A DNA stretch of 63,781 bases, the filler included, from Octopus bimaculoides (Eukaryota): the NCBI RefSeq assembly GCF_001194135.2. It is 3 parts of 3 records of this genome, joined end to end, with 100 filler letters (N's around TTAATTAATTAA, not from the genome) between each part and the next. Parts side by side here need not be neighbours in the genome. Positions count along the whole stretch, not along the records: positions 26,082 to 57,756 come from NC_068990.1; positions 57,857 to 63,781 come from NC_068991.1; 1 more part is not named here. One strand, 5' to 3'. Positions 52,031 through 63,781 of this stretch are shown here, in pieces; position 1 is the stretch's first letter, and each line of letters starts with the position of its first letter. The position numbers and the translations under genes are program-made. Under the pieces are notes generated by a model, which searched no databases, was not told where the DNA came from, and saw nothing but the letters and a program-made list of their open reading frames with translations.

Positions 52031-53214
52031 AAAATTTTTCTCAAGCTCATCATGTGACATTACTTTTGTTATTTATATTGCAACGATGAAACTTTGTATC
52101 TTTGTTAGAAACCAACTCCTTCCTTATTGGAAGACTTCAAATAAGTAAAATAGAAGAGAACATACATACACATTTGCATACACGTTTGTATACGTTACTG
52201 AGTGAGGTCAATGCGCTAAGCTACTGAACCTAAGGTTATGAATTCAAATCTTACTGCTATCACTATATTACCTTTCACATTCAAATAATACACCACCTTA
52301 CATTTACCTAAGTAACACTTTGAAACAAATCACAAAATTCTTCACTTCAAAATCTATTTAAAGAATTCTTTAAACCTTATCCTACTTTTTGTCTCCTTTG
52401 CATGAACTAAATATCTCAGCATGTATATATGTAATGTGTGACATTTTTCTGTACACTGAATTTACCGAATTCTACAGACACTATGAATGCTGAGTAAAAA
52501 AGAAAAAAGATGTGAGGTTGAATGTCAAAGACAGTTCAATATGTAGTAACATTAACCTTTTAAACTTATGGCCTTTAAAAGATCACTGAATTACATCTTA
52601 CTGGCAATGTACTGGATTGTTTCTATTGTAGAAATCTGTTGAGGTTTAATAGAAGACTGAACTGAAATGATGGAATGTTGAAATTTTTAGTTGAAGAAAT
52701 AAACGAAATATGAAAGTAATTTCTTAGAATCAATCAGGTAATATTTTCGAAATGACATTGTCGAGATTTTATTGTCACTGCTAACGTCATTGTAAATCTC
52801 ACGCAGTGTTGGTAGTGGTGGTGGTAGTAGTCATGATGATGGTGGTGGCGGTAGTGGTGATTGTGATGATTGCGATGATGGATGTGGTGTGGGTGGGGGG
52901 TGATGGCAATGGTCGTGGGGGTGATGGTAGCAATAGTAGTGGTACCGGTCAAGGGGATTGTAGTAGAATAGTGGCTGTAACCATCAGTAACATTGCTGTC
53001 ATTGTTGTCACCACCACCACCAACAACAACAACAACAACAACCACCACAACCACCACCACCACCACCACCACCACCTCCACAACTACTATCATCATCAGC
53101 ATCATAACAATGACCACAAGTAACCATCATAACCATACCCACCACCTTCAACACCACCACAACCATCGTCACAATTCCCATTGTCATCGCATACACCAAC
53201 TTGTCCTTGTATTT

Positions 53215-53257
<43 letters not shown>

Positions 53258-54277
53258 ACATCACTGCCATAATCTTTACCACCTCCATAATCAACATGGT
53301 CGCAAACATCCATCATGACTATCACACCCCCACTGCTGCCAACCCCTGCCATCATGATCATTAATCATTAACATCACCATAGCATCATCATCATCATCAC
53401 TCACTCTAAAAACCACTAACACCACCACCTCTACCAAGGGGTCGTATCAGATGGAGAATCATGTCAGTAACCTCTGACCTATAACACTTACAATGTTCAC
53501 CCTAGGTGCATTCTCAATGAATGTTGATAGAAAAGAAAATAGAAACCTATAAGGAAATTATAATCGCAATGTTAATAGAAGCATGTAACCAAACCAAGAC
53601 TACACATAATATTGATTTTTTATCTCATTTTTTTAAACATTTTCAAAGAATTATTTCCTTCATTAATTCTATGAGCCTAATTTTCTCACCGTTATTCTTG
53701 TTTTTTATTTATTTATTTTTTTGTGGTATTCTTTTAGCTTGTGTTGGTTGAAATTTGTTGACACTTTGTATTGGCATTATTTCTTCATTTTCTAAAGCAT
53801 GTGCATGCACACACACACACACACACATGCAATCGATCTGTTTCTTTTTTATGCAATGAGATCTATGAACATATTTAAAGAAAGGCTTAATATGAATTAG
53901 CAGTTGTTATTGATTAGATTAAAGAAATGATGCTCTCATTTCTTATGGTTTTTCACTTCATGCTAACACACACACAACACAATGTTTTGGTTAGCCCAAG
54001 GCTAAGATATAAGATATTTGACCAATGTACCATGTGGTAGGATTGAACCTGGAACAACATGATTATGAAATGAACCACATGGCAATTTTGGTAACTGTGT
54101 TAACAATTATTTGCAACATGGACACGGACATAGCTGTGTGGTAAAATGTTTGCTTCTCAACCACATAGTTCTGATGGCACCTTCGGCAAGTGTCTTCTAC
54201 TATAGACTTGGGCTGACCAAAGTCATGTGAGTGAAGTTTGTAGGTGAAAAGTAAAAGAAGCCTGTTGTGTGTACATG

Positions 54278-54344
<67 letters not shown>

Positions 54345-54372
54345 ATTAAAATTAGAGATAAAATTTATATAG

Positions 54373-57300
54373 CATAGCTTCCCAAAGTAGGTGATTTCAA
54401 CTTACAAGTGGATGATGGGCAAATTTCTAGAAAATGGTGGGTGATTTGAGATTTTGGTGGGTGATATGAACATTTTGTGTGTGACAATGACTGTTTAGAA
54501 ATTAAGTCTGCATTTACTGACATCTAGGCATGCCTAGAATAAAGGATGCACTTTTATTGATTTGACTACTTGCATGAGTATTAAAAAAGTGAACTTGTTT
54601 ATCGATTGAATATTTTTGTCACAGTCATTGAGATGGCTGTCATGCATGCTAAATAGGCCTAGGCCTTAAATCACACTCCACTACATTTTTTTTTTGTTTT
54701 GTATAATTGTATGAAGTCCTGCATATAGAATTCAAATTCACAAAAATTTTCTGAAAATTCTGTAAAATAAAAAAGTTATGAGGGGTTATATGTTGTGCAT
54801 AATTCTGTGGTTTCATATCAAAACACAAGTTCTATTTTCAAGATGTTGACAAAATGTGCAGTCACGCACAAATTGACAGCTTTGAAATCGTGTTTCTTGA
54901 CTGGGTGAAAATGATCAAACTTTAAATATCTATAACTTTTTAAAAATATTTTTCTAGAAAAAGTTGAATAACTCAAGAAATTTAGCTTGGAAAGGTACAT
55001 TAATGTGCCAAATTCTAAAATTTTCAATAAACTTCAATTTTTGAAATGCTGGCAGCCAAACGAACTAGATCCGTATTTGCACCAGTAAAGACATATCATC
55101 TGATTCTGCTCTATTGACTTTTTCTTCTCTTTGGGAATACCATACTGCCTTTTTAATGTCGTCTGTAGAAACTCATTTTCACATTTTATAAGGTGGCGAG
55201 CTAGCAGAAACATTAATGCGACGTGTGAAATGCTTAGCGGCATTTCGTCTGCCGCTATGTTCTGAGTTCGAATTCCGCCGAGGTCAACTTTGCCTTTCAT
55301 CCTTTCGGGATCGATTAAATAAGTACCAGTTACGCACTGGGGTCGATATAATTGACTTAATCCATTTGTCTGTCCTTGTTTGTCCCCTCTTTGTGTAGCC
55401 CCTTGTGGGCAGTAATGAAATAAGAAACTCATTTTCACATTTTCACTATACTGATGCCTTCAGTCAAGAAAATTTGTCAACAGTACAGTAGTGATTATTT
55501 ATCATTTGGATTTATTCCCTCTCCTCAGGACTGTTAGTTACCAATATGCCTTCTTTGCTATCAAACATTGACCAACGAAGCAATGAAACTTTCATGCTTG
55601 AAGTATCACTTTGATGTAAAGCATTCTGACAAGAAGGACAAGCCGCTATCATACTTCTTGCAACTGAGCTCCTCTTTCAAAAAGCAAATACAAAAATTCC
55701 ACACACTACTCCAGGGAATTAGTAAACAGGAGAATGACAAGTTGATTGCATCATACAACATTGCATTGCTTGTTACTAAGTCTGGGAAGTCTCACACAAT
55801 TAGAGAAGCATTACATCGTCCAGTTATCGAAGAGGTTTTGTTAACCATTATGCATGAAAAACCCAATAACATTATGAAGAAGATCCCACTTAGTAATAAC
55901 ATAATTTCTTGATGGATTGATGAAATGGCCAATGATGTCAAACATCAGCACATTAATATTCTCCAGCGTTCTGAAATTTCTATACAAGTGGATGAGTCAA
56001 TTGTTGTGGACAATCAATGTTTGATAAAGGTATATGTTTGGTATTTCAGTGAAGACCTTCAATCTTGTGAGAAAATGCTGTCCACAGAGAAATTTCTGCT
56101 TGATTCAAAAGGTGCAGCTATTTTTCACACTCTCAAGTCTTTCCTTTTTGAACATAATATCCCACTCAGTAATATTCTTGCCTGTGCATCTGATGGAGCC
56201 CCTTCGATGATAGGAAGATACAGAGATTTTCCATATCTCCTAAAGTGTGAAATTTCCCACCAGATACTAACTGTTCATTGCTTGGCACACCGGCAGTATT
56301 TAGTGGCAAAAAATATGAACAGTAGATTGAATGATGTGCTACAGTTAGTTACCAAACTGTGAACAAATTGAAGTCCAGTTCCTTGTCTGATTGAATTTTC
56401 TGTCAACTCTGTCTGAGAAATGATGAGGACCATACTAAACTCTTATACCATACTGAAGTGTGGTGGCTGTCAAAAGGAAACTGTGCTTTGTTGAACTGTT
56501 TTATCTAATATCTTTTTCTTTGAAGATATTCCACTATCCGTTTCATTGATAGCTGCAAGATGCAATATCTTTTTTCTTTGTGATATATTCACAAAATTAA
56601 ATGATTTGAATAAGTTATTGCAAGGAAACAGAAAAACTCTCATTGATTGTAAATTGTTTATCACTACCTTCATTTCGAAATTGGTGTTGTTTAAGACTAA
56701 CATTTCAAAACGTCAATTCCATCAATTTCCACAACTTGATTCTTTGAAAGATGAATTGATTGATGAGGATTTAACATGGTGGAGTGATTTCAAGAAGTTA
56801 TTGTGCTGAATATTCTAAATTAGTATAGCAATCTGTTCGAGGTCAATGCAGTCAATTGTGAAGATGATGTTCAGGAGGAATTGCTAGAATTACAAAATGA
56901 CAATGATGCCACAACGCAATATTGCCATAATGGCAAAAAAGGTTTGTGGTACCATCAGAGTATATTAGATTCCTACCCCAATCTGTGGAAACATCTTAAA
57001 TTACTTTCGCTTGCTTTCCCTACTTTATACTTGGTTGAATCTCGTTTTAAGCATGCTGGAACTTTATTTTCCTATAAAAGAATTGGACTGGATGTGATAC
57101 AACAAGGAAACTTGCAGTTAAAGTTGACAAATTTGAAACCGAATGTATCTGCACTAGCTGCATTACACCAGACACATGGTTCTCATTAAGAAGTTTTATT
57201 CTTTTCCTTTATAATACAATAATTAATTATTTTTGCATTGGTACTTTTGATCAATGGTTCATTTGGGGAAAATGAAAATCAGTGTAAAAGAAAGCACAAG

Positions 57301-57610
57301 TTTTCAGAAGTTAATCTGTCTGCATAATATAGAGCTAACGTTAGAATTTTATTCACGTTAATGGCAAAACTAGACCCACAATAAGGGATTTGTAAACAAC
57401 TGTATATTTAGTCCAAACAGCACTAACAGGGCAATGAGTCTACAATATTGTGTGCGTGTCAAATGATACAAGGGAGGGGGATCCTAGGGATTTTTTTTTT
57501 TGGTGGGGGGGTTGTGTCAGGTTTTTTTTTACACAGGTGGGTGATGGAGCATTTTTTGGCTGATAGGTGGGTGATATTGCAATTTGGCATGAAAAGTTTG
57601 AGAAACACTG
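54373..57610 (+). mobile_element. Near full-length degenerate hAT (Buster/Charlie, ZBED8/SCAND3-like) transposon; transposase pseudogene about 55480-57190
   Basis: TIRs catagcttcccaaa and tttgagaaacactg; 8-bp TSD ttatatag/ctatatag with central TA. ORF fragments include PICLLC...AMKLSCLKYHFDVKH, IPLSNN, SIQVDES, ACASDGAPSMIG, VHCLAHRQYL, LCDIFTKLNDLNKLLQG and LAFPTLYLVESRF, broken by stops and frameshifts. Confidence 0.93.
55188..55422 (+). mobile_element. Intact young tRNA-derived SINE with 21-bp target-site duplication, nested in the hAT element
   Basis: Head ggtggcgagctagcagaa...gagttcgaattcc (A/B boxes) with CpGs retained. Perfect TSD agaaactcattttcacatttt at 55167-55187 and 55423-55443. 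Confidence 0.9.
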
Positions 57611-57856
57611 CTATATAGGATTTTAATTGGTTTATATATATATATATATCATCATCATCATCATCATCATCATCGTTTAACGTCCACCTTCCATGCTAGC
57701 ATGGGTTGGACGATTTGACTGAGGACTGGTGAAACCGGATGGCAACACCAGGCTCCNNNNNNNNNNNNNNNNNNNNNNNNNNNNNNNNNNNNNNNNNNNN
57801 TTAATTAATTAANNNNNNNNNNNNNNNNNNNNNNNNNNNNNNNNNNNNNNNNNNNN

Positions 57857-57902
<46 letters not shown>

Positions 57903-58423
57903 TATGTGTGTATGCATACATGTATGTATGTATGTATGTATGTATGTATGTATGTATGTTTTTATGTATGTATGTATGTATGTATATATGCATGTATGTA
58001 TGCCTATCACAGTGATGTTTGTGGCAACGATGGAACTGGTGATCATAGTGATTTGATGGAGGGCAGTGATATATATTATTGAATGCATATGAATTCATTC
58101 CAATTTCATACAGGATATTTTTCTTCGAATGGACATTAGCAACATAATTGCAGCAGCTATAACACGGTCGCCAGCAGATTACCATTCGGACAATGGGTAA
58201 ATGGAACTTCATCACTATAGAAGATTAGTAGGTAAGCTTGAGATACAGCCTCGAAAGAGTATCTGGCCATCGATGACGACTAAGGAAGGAAGCAATATAT
58301 CCAGAGGACTTTCAATTCAGAGACTATAGATAAGTTAAAAAAAAAAACAATTGGTCTCCAGTAGTACACTCTGTGTTACTCTGGCATATAACAATTGCTT
58401 GTAGTTTTAATAGGAGGCTTCTT

Positions 58424-58464
<41 letters not shown>

Positions 58465-58494
58465 GCACACACACACGCGCGCGCGCACACACAC

Positions 58495-59425
58495 ACTGCG
58501 TTTCAAATTATTAACGACGTAACATTTTTTTATTTTATTTAAAAACTACTCATTGGAATTCAACGAAATTTTCACAGAATGCTGGCAACAGTTATATGTG
58601 CGTGGAGTGTAAAGAAAATGAGGTTTTGTAAAACAGCACAAAAAACTATGGCCATTTACCAAATTTACGTAAACTTTCACTGTTTCAGATTGTCAGCGAG
58701 GTGTAATTAAAACTCATGTAAGCAAAAAAATACCAATTTAATTGTTTGATGTACATAGTGAAATGAACACATATAGTCATAAACATGAAAGAAATAGAAA
58801 TAAAAAAATAAACACCGTTCAAAAATGATAGGTGAGCTGGTTACAAGGAGATATAGAGCGCTTGTTTGAAATAAGTTGGAAAAGGAACATGCTAATTTCT
58901 GGATCATGCTAATTTCTAGATCTCCTCTTATCTTATACCACGAGATACATCCACTATTGTCTGCCACAGTTCATCCTTGCTCCTAAATTGGCGTCCATTG
59001 TCGTAAACTCGTCGCTTTAGAATACTCCACAAGTTTTCTATTGGGTTTAAGTCGAAGAAACAGGCACTTCATCTTCCGAGGTCCACAAAAGCCTAATTGT
59101 TGAATACTCTAGTTTTCGTCACTGAGTGCGAGGGCGCATTATCTTGCATGAAGTTGATACTTAGCTTTTTTAACCAAGGTTCAAGGTGCTCCCTCAGAAA
59201 TGGACGTAGTTGTTTCGCCAATGCATTTGAAAAGTTCTGCACTTATAAGACTTGGCCTCTTTGCAACTTTACGCTTAATTCGTGACAGAGAACGTTGAGA
59301 AACAGTCCTCGATTGACCCTTGTGGTCTGCCTTACGTTTCTTCGTAGAAGCTGTTACAAATTTTTGCACAGTTTGGTAATATCTGCCAAGTATTTTAGAT
59401 ATTTCTTATATTGATTTACTGTATT
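58495..59425 (-). mobile_element. Internally deleted Tc1-like transposon remnant
   Basis: Minus strand reads EISKILGRYYQTVQKFV...VSQRSLSRIKRKVAKRPSLISAELF, joined directly to FMQDNAPSHS...DLNPIENLWSILKRRVYDNGRQFRSKDELWQ. TIR-like cactgcgtttcaaattattaacgac at 58495; the other end is replaced by a different element. Confidence 0.88.
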
Positions 59426-59830
59426 ATCAGATGTTCAGGAAAGGAAGGAAAGAGGATTTAACGTTTCGAGCAAAGCTCTTCTTCAGAAATAGAGGAAAGT
59501 CCAAAGGAAGGGAAGAAGGAGGAAGAAAATCGCCAACGGTACACACGTTGTTACATTTTGAAATGACCGGAAGAGAATGGGTGAAGGAAAAGTTTTTTCT
59601 AAGACAGGAGATTGCAAGAGAAGGGGATATGTGTGTGTATGTGTGGGTATATGCGAGCGCGCAGGTCTGTGTGTGTGTTTAAGTGGACTGTGCGTTGCTT
59701 AGTATCGTAGGAAGAATTTATAGTAAGAATTTTAGGTAGGAGTGGCTGTCTTTTGTGTGTCTCCCTTCACATGAACGTAAGAGAATGGTCAGTAGAAGGG
59801 TGTTTATCTGGTAGTTTGAAGTATGTGTAT
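59425..59830 (-). mobile_element. Penelope-like 3' remnant with hammerhead ribozyme-like motif
   Basis: Minus strand has CTGAAGA-a-gagc-ttt-gctc-GAAAC-gtt (59486-59460) and aacat-C (59435-59430), with a purine/pyrimidine-skewed flank like the related remnants at 28640-29200 and 1480-1790. Confidence 0.6.
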
Positions 59831-60142
59831 GTGTGTTTTGTGTGCAGTGTGTGCCTGTGTCTTTGTGTGCGTGTGTGTGTATGTATGTATGTGCGTGTGT
59901 ATATATGCGCGTGTGCGTGTGTGCGTGCGTGTATGTACATGTGTATATGTGTGTGCATGTGTGTGTATGTGCGTATGTGCATGTGTGTATGTTTGTGTGT
60001 GGGCATGTGTGTGTGTGTGCACATGTATGTGCGTGTGTGTATGTGTGTGTGGATGTATGTGTGTATGTGCATATATGTATGGTGTATGTGTGTGGTGTGT
60101 GTGAGAGGTATATGTGCGTTCATGTGTGTGCACGGGTGCGCG

Positions 60143-60182
<40 letters not shown>

Positions 60183-60438
60183 CACACAATTATTAATGAC
60201 GAATTATAAATCCAGGCAAAATAATTTATAAGCTCTCCGCTAGTACACAAGGCTAGCAATATTGTTTAGATTAGTAAAGTACTCGTATTCCTGTGGCAGG
60301 GTACGAAGGAGGTTATTGTTCATCACCATTCTATATTGTAAATCCATGGTTGTGCTGCAGTTATCCTGTTTTTATTTTATACATTGATATACAAGGCAAG
60401 GTAGAAATAAATATTTAATGACCATTATTTATGCCGTG

Positions 60439-60477
<39 letters not shown>

Positions 60478-60954
60478 NNNNNNNNNNNNNNNNNNNNNNN
60501 NNNNNNNNNNNNNNNNNNNNNNNNNNNNNNNNNNNNNNNNNNNNNNNNNNNNNNNNNNNNNNNNNNNNNNNNNNNNNNNNNNNNNNNNNNNNNNNNNNNN
60601 NNNNNNNNNNNNNNNNNNNNNNNNNNNNNNNNNNNNNNNNNNNNNNNNNNNNNNNNNNNNNNNNNNNNNNNNNNNNNNNNNNNNNNNNNNNNNNNNNNNN
60701 NNNNNNNNNNNNNNNNNNNNNNNNNNNNNNNNNNNNNNNNNNNNNNNNNNNNNNNNNNNNNNNNNNNNNNNNNNNNNNNNNNNNNNNNNNNNNNNNNNNN
60801 NNNNNNNNNNNNNNNNNNNNNNNNNNNNNNNNNNNNNNNNNNNNNNNNNNNNNNNNNNNNNNNNNNNNNNNNNNNNNNNNNNNNNNNNNNNNNNNNNNNN
60901 NNNATATATATACATATATATATAAGTATGTATATATGTGTGTATTTGTGTGTC

Positions 60955-61145
60955 TATGTTTGTCCCCACCATCGCTTGACAACCGATGTTGGTGTGTTTA
61001 CGTCCCCGTAAACTAGCGGTTCGGCAAAAGAGACCGATAGAATAAGGACTAGGCTTACAAAGAGTAAGTCCTGGAGTTGATTTATTCGACTAAAGGCGGT
61101 GCTCCAGCATGGCCGCAATCAAATGACTGAAACAGGTAAAAGAGA
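60955..61145 (+). mobile_element. SINE-like family C segment (gtttgtccccaccatcgcttgacaaccg...ggtgctccagcatggccgca). Others at about 12100-12200, 23595-23770, 40672-40880(-), 44085-44265(-)
   Basis: Same sequence recurs in both orientations and often follows a family B head plus microsatellite. Confidence 0.8.
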
Positions 61146-61203
61146 ATATATATAACTACGTATATACACGCACCTATATATGCATATATATGCATTTATA
61201 TAT

Positions 61204-61270
<67 letters not shown>

Positions 61271-62248
61271 TATTGAGGGTAAATAGGGATTGAATAAACC
61301 CAAGTGAATACTTCAGCATTCCATGCGATAAATCTGGATAACATATCCATTGAAGAGTATAGTAATCAATATCGGTTGAATATATCGGACGATAGGTACA
61401 AAGCGTAAATCCGATGGTTTGGTACACCAATCACAAAATATAACACAGACAAAGAATGAAGTATTATATTCTTAGACAACTTTATTCACTTATGTACGTT
61501 TTGATTGGTTTGAGGAGCTGTCTCTGTATCATAGAATTGTTTATATGCATAACCAGTGAATTGTTTAAATGAAAAGTTTTCCACTATCATGTTTATCAAA
61601 GAATAAACGTTTTCCTCTTAGATTTTTCGAAAATTTTTAGTAAGTGGGATTATATATTACATTCTTGCCAAATTCGCAGCGCCAGAAGATGTCCTCAAGT
61701 GTTGAAGTATGTCAGTTCTACAGTTAAACTTATTTAACCAATTTAGACACTTGTAGAATATACAAATAAATTCTCGATCGGATCATTCTTGTGCTTTTGA
61801 GGAAAACTGAATTAAATTTGTGATTGAACTCTGAAGAAATCGATTAGAGACACAAAAATATAAAACTTACTAAATTAGTGCTTCTTTTCACTACCCTGTG
61901 TAGGACACAACACCAGTATTATTTTGTGACCTTCGGCTGTCATGGAAATTTCTATGCTCAGTGACATTCTTCCATATAACGTCGAAAAAACAATATCTGT
62001 ACTGAATATCAATCTATGTAGTGTGATGAAGACGACTAGTTGCTCGCTGGTCAACATCGCCGATGTCTTTGAGGGTGACTCTTTTTTCCACTTTCCTAGA
62101 TACTGTAAGTTTATGGTCAGTTATTTTGAGTACATTTTGGGTTTCAACTTAGCCCCATCCTCTAATATAAAGCTGAAGCATATTGTACCATACTCTCTCT
62201 CCCTCTTCCTCTCTTTCTCTCTTCCACCTCTCTCTCTATATATATATA

Positions 62249-63080
62249 CAGGGTGTGATGAGTAAATTGTTGCCATTTCATATTTTTAATTTCGCGCATA
62301 CGCATTGTTTGTTTTTGATCTTGTCAACTACACAGTATAGTAGGGTCAGTTGGGTACTTTCTGTGAAAAAAAGAACCCCAGCATCATGACGCAATTCACT
62401 CTGCCAGAAAGTTGGAAACGACATGCTGTATTGCTTGGCATTCGCGTCAGAAGCGTCAATATGAACATTTCAGAATGTTTGGGTGTCAATCTGAGGACAT
62501 GTACCGAGAGTGATAAAAATCAAACATCCAGTCAACGTCATGATGTTTGGAGTGATATAGTAATGGTGGCGACGTTATGCCTCCATTCATCTTCCCACAC
62601 GACTTAAGACTCAACATGGAGACCTGAATCAAGTGTCTGGAGGAGGTAGTGCTGCTCTGGGTGAAAAGGATGACTGCTGGAAGACCCTATGTCTGGCAAC
62701 AGGACTCTGTACCATGCTACAAATGCAGGAGAATCCAGTCATGGCTGTCAGACAATTTCTGCGACCACATCACCCCTAACGTCTGACCACCTAACTCTGA
62801 TTATTATGCGTGGGGCACAATTGAGCGAGAGACCAAGAAAACTCCTTGTAAGAGTGTGGCAGCATTCACCAATTTAAACAAGGAGACCGTCCAGAAGAGT
62901 TACAGGAGATTCTGAAGTCATCTGGAGGCTGTGGTTGAAGCCAGTGGCGATGTTATTGAATAAATTTACTCTTTTGTATTTCAGGATATTTTTAGGTAAT
63001 TTTAGTAAATATATCTGTTAAAATGAGATGTCAGTGTCATTTTCATTTTTGCCTAATTTAGACGACAGTTTATTCACCGC
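62249..63080 (+). mobile_element. Internally deleted Tc1/mariner (maT/DD37D-like) element running into a gap
   Basis: TA-cagggtgtgatgagtaaattgttgcc TIR. Translation gives MTQFTLPESWKRHAVLLGIR..., VMMFGVI, PFIFPH, GRPYVWQQDSVPC, WLSDNFCDHITPN and LEAVVEASGD. A partial 3' TIR match lies at about 63061-63080. Confidence 0.85.
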
Positions 63081-63781
63081 NNNNNNNNNNNNNNNNNNNN
63101 NNNNNNNNNNNNNNNNNNNNNNNNNNNNNNNNNNNNNNNNNNNNNNNNNNNNNNNNNNNNNNNNNNNNNNNNNNNNNNNNNNNNNNNNNNNNNNNNNNNN
63201 NNNNNNNNNNNNNNNNNNNNNNNNNNNNNNNNNNNNNNNNNNNNNNNNNNNNNNNNNNNNNNNNNNNNNNNNNNNNNNNNNNNNNNNNNNNNNNNNNNNN
63301 NNNNNNNNNNNNNNNNNNNNNNNNNNNNNNNNNNNNNNNNNNNNNNNNNNNNNNNNNNNNNNNNNNNNNNNNNNNNNNNNNNNNNNNNNNNNNNNNNNNN
63401 NNNNNNNNNNNNNNNNNNNNNNNNNNNNNNNNNNNNNNNNNNNNNNNNNNNNNNNGAAGAAATTAGTAGCAGGAATGGTTAGTGGATGCTTATAGACAGT
63501 GTTAGGTGGAAGGTCAACAGGCGGTTTTTTGAGTATGTGTGTGTTCGTGTTTGTGTGGGGTTGTAGGTGTTGGGTACGTGCACGTGTGTGTGTGTATATT
63601 GTATGTGCGCGTGTGTGTATGTGTATGTTTTTGTGCGTGCGTGTGTGTTTGTGTGTATGTGTATGTTGTGTATATGTGCGTTGCTGTGTACGTGTGTGTG
63701 CGTGCGTTTGCTATTGTATGTGCGTGTGTTGTTTATGCCCATGTGTGTGTGATTGTATGCGTGTCTGTGTGAGTGTGTAGT

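Noticed and set aside
55568-57189. Domesticated ZBED/SCAND3-like host gene
   Set aside because: Multiple stops and frameshifts, with retained TIRs and TSD, show a dead transposon copy.

Overview
AT-rich, microsatellite- and transposon-dense animal genomic DNA with many N gaps. The repeat families and the style of the cadherin point to a coleoid cephalopod, probably Octopus; this is an inference and no search was run. The only clearly intact protein-coding sequence is a minus-strand protocadherin-type exon (ORF 21047-18597). It encodes a signal peptide, 6 EC repeats, a TM helix and a short cytoplasmic stub, and has a strong acceptor at 21076 and a strong phase-0 donor at 18614. Candidate partner exons read from splice and poly(A) signals are a non-coding 5' exon ending at 22607 and a tiny terminal exon at 15197 (GCFLA-stop, AATAAA at 14854-14849). 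Right after it lies a TATA, short exon and donor unit (about 14578-14469) that may start the next tandem gene. The rest is mostly decayed mobile DNA: tRNA-headed SINEs, RTE and RLE-type LINE ends, mariner, Tc1 and maT remnants, a 3.2 kb Buster-type hAT, piggyBac-like and hAT MITEs, and Penelope-type remnants with hammerhead-like cores. Most short ORFs in the supplied track are microsatellite artefacts. The most notable observations are a palindromic mariner-derived element just upstream of the protocadherin acceptor, a tRNA-headed element carrying a hammerhead-like core, and a 14-mer shared by the two candidate first-exon regions. TE and SINE boundaries were read by eye and are approximate unless TIRs or TSDs are quoted.
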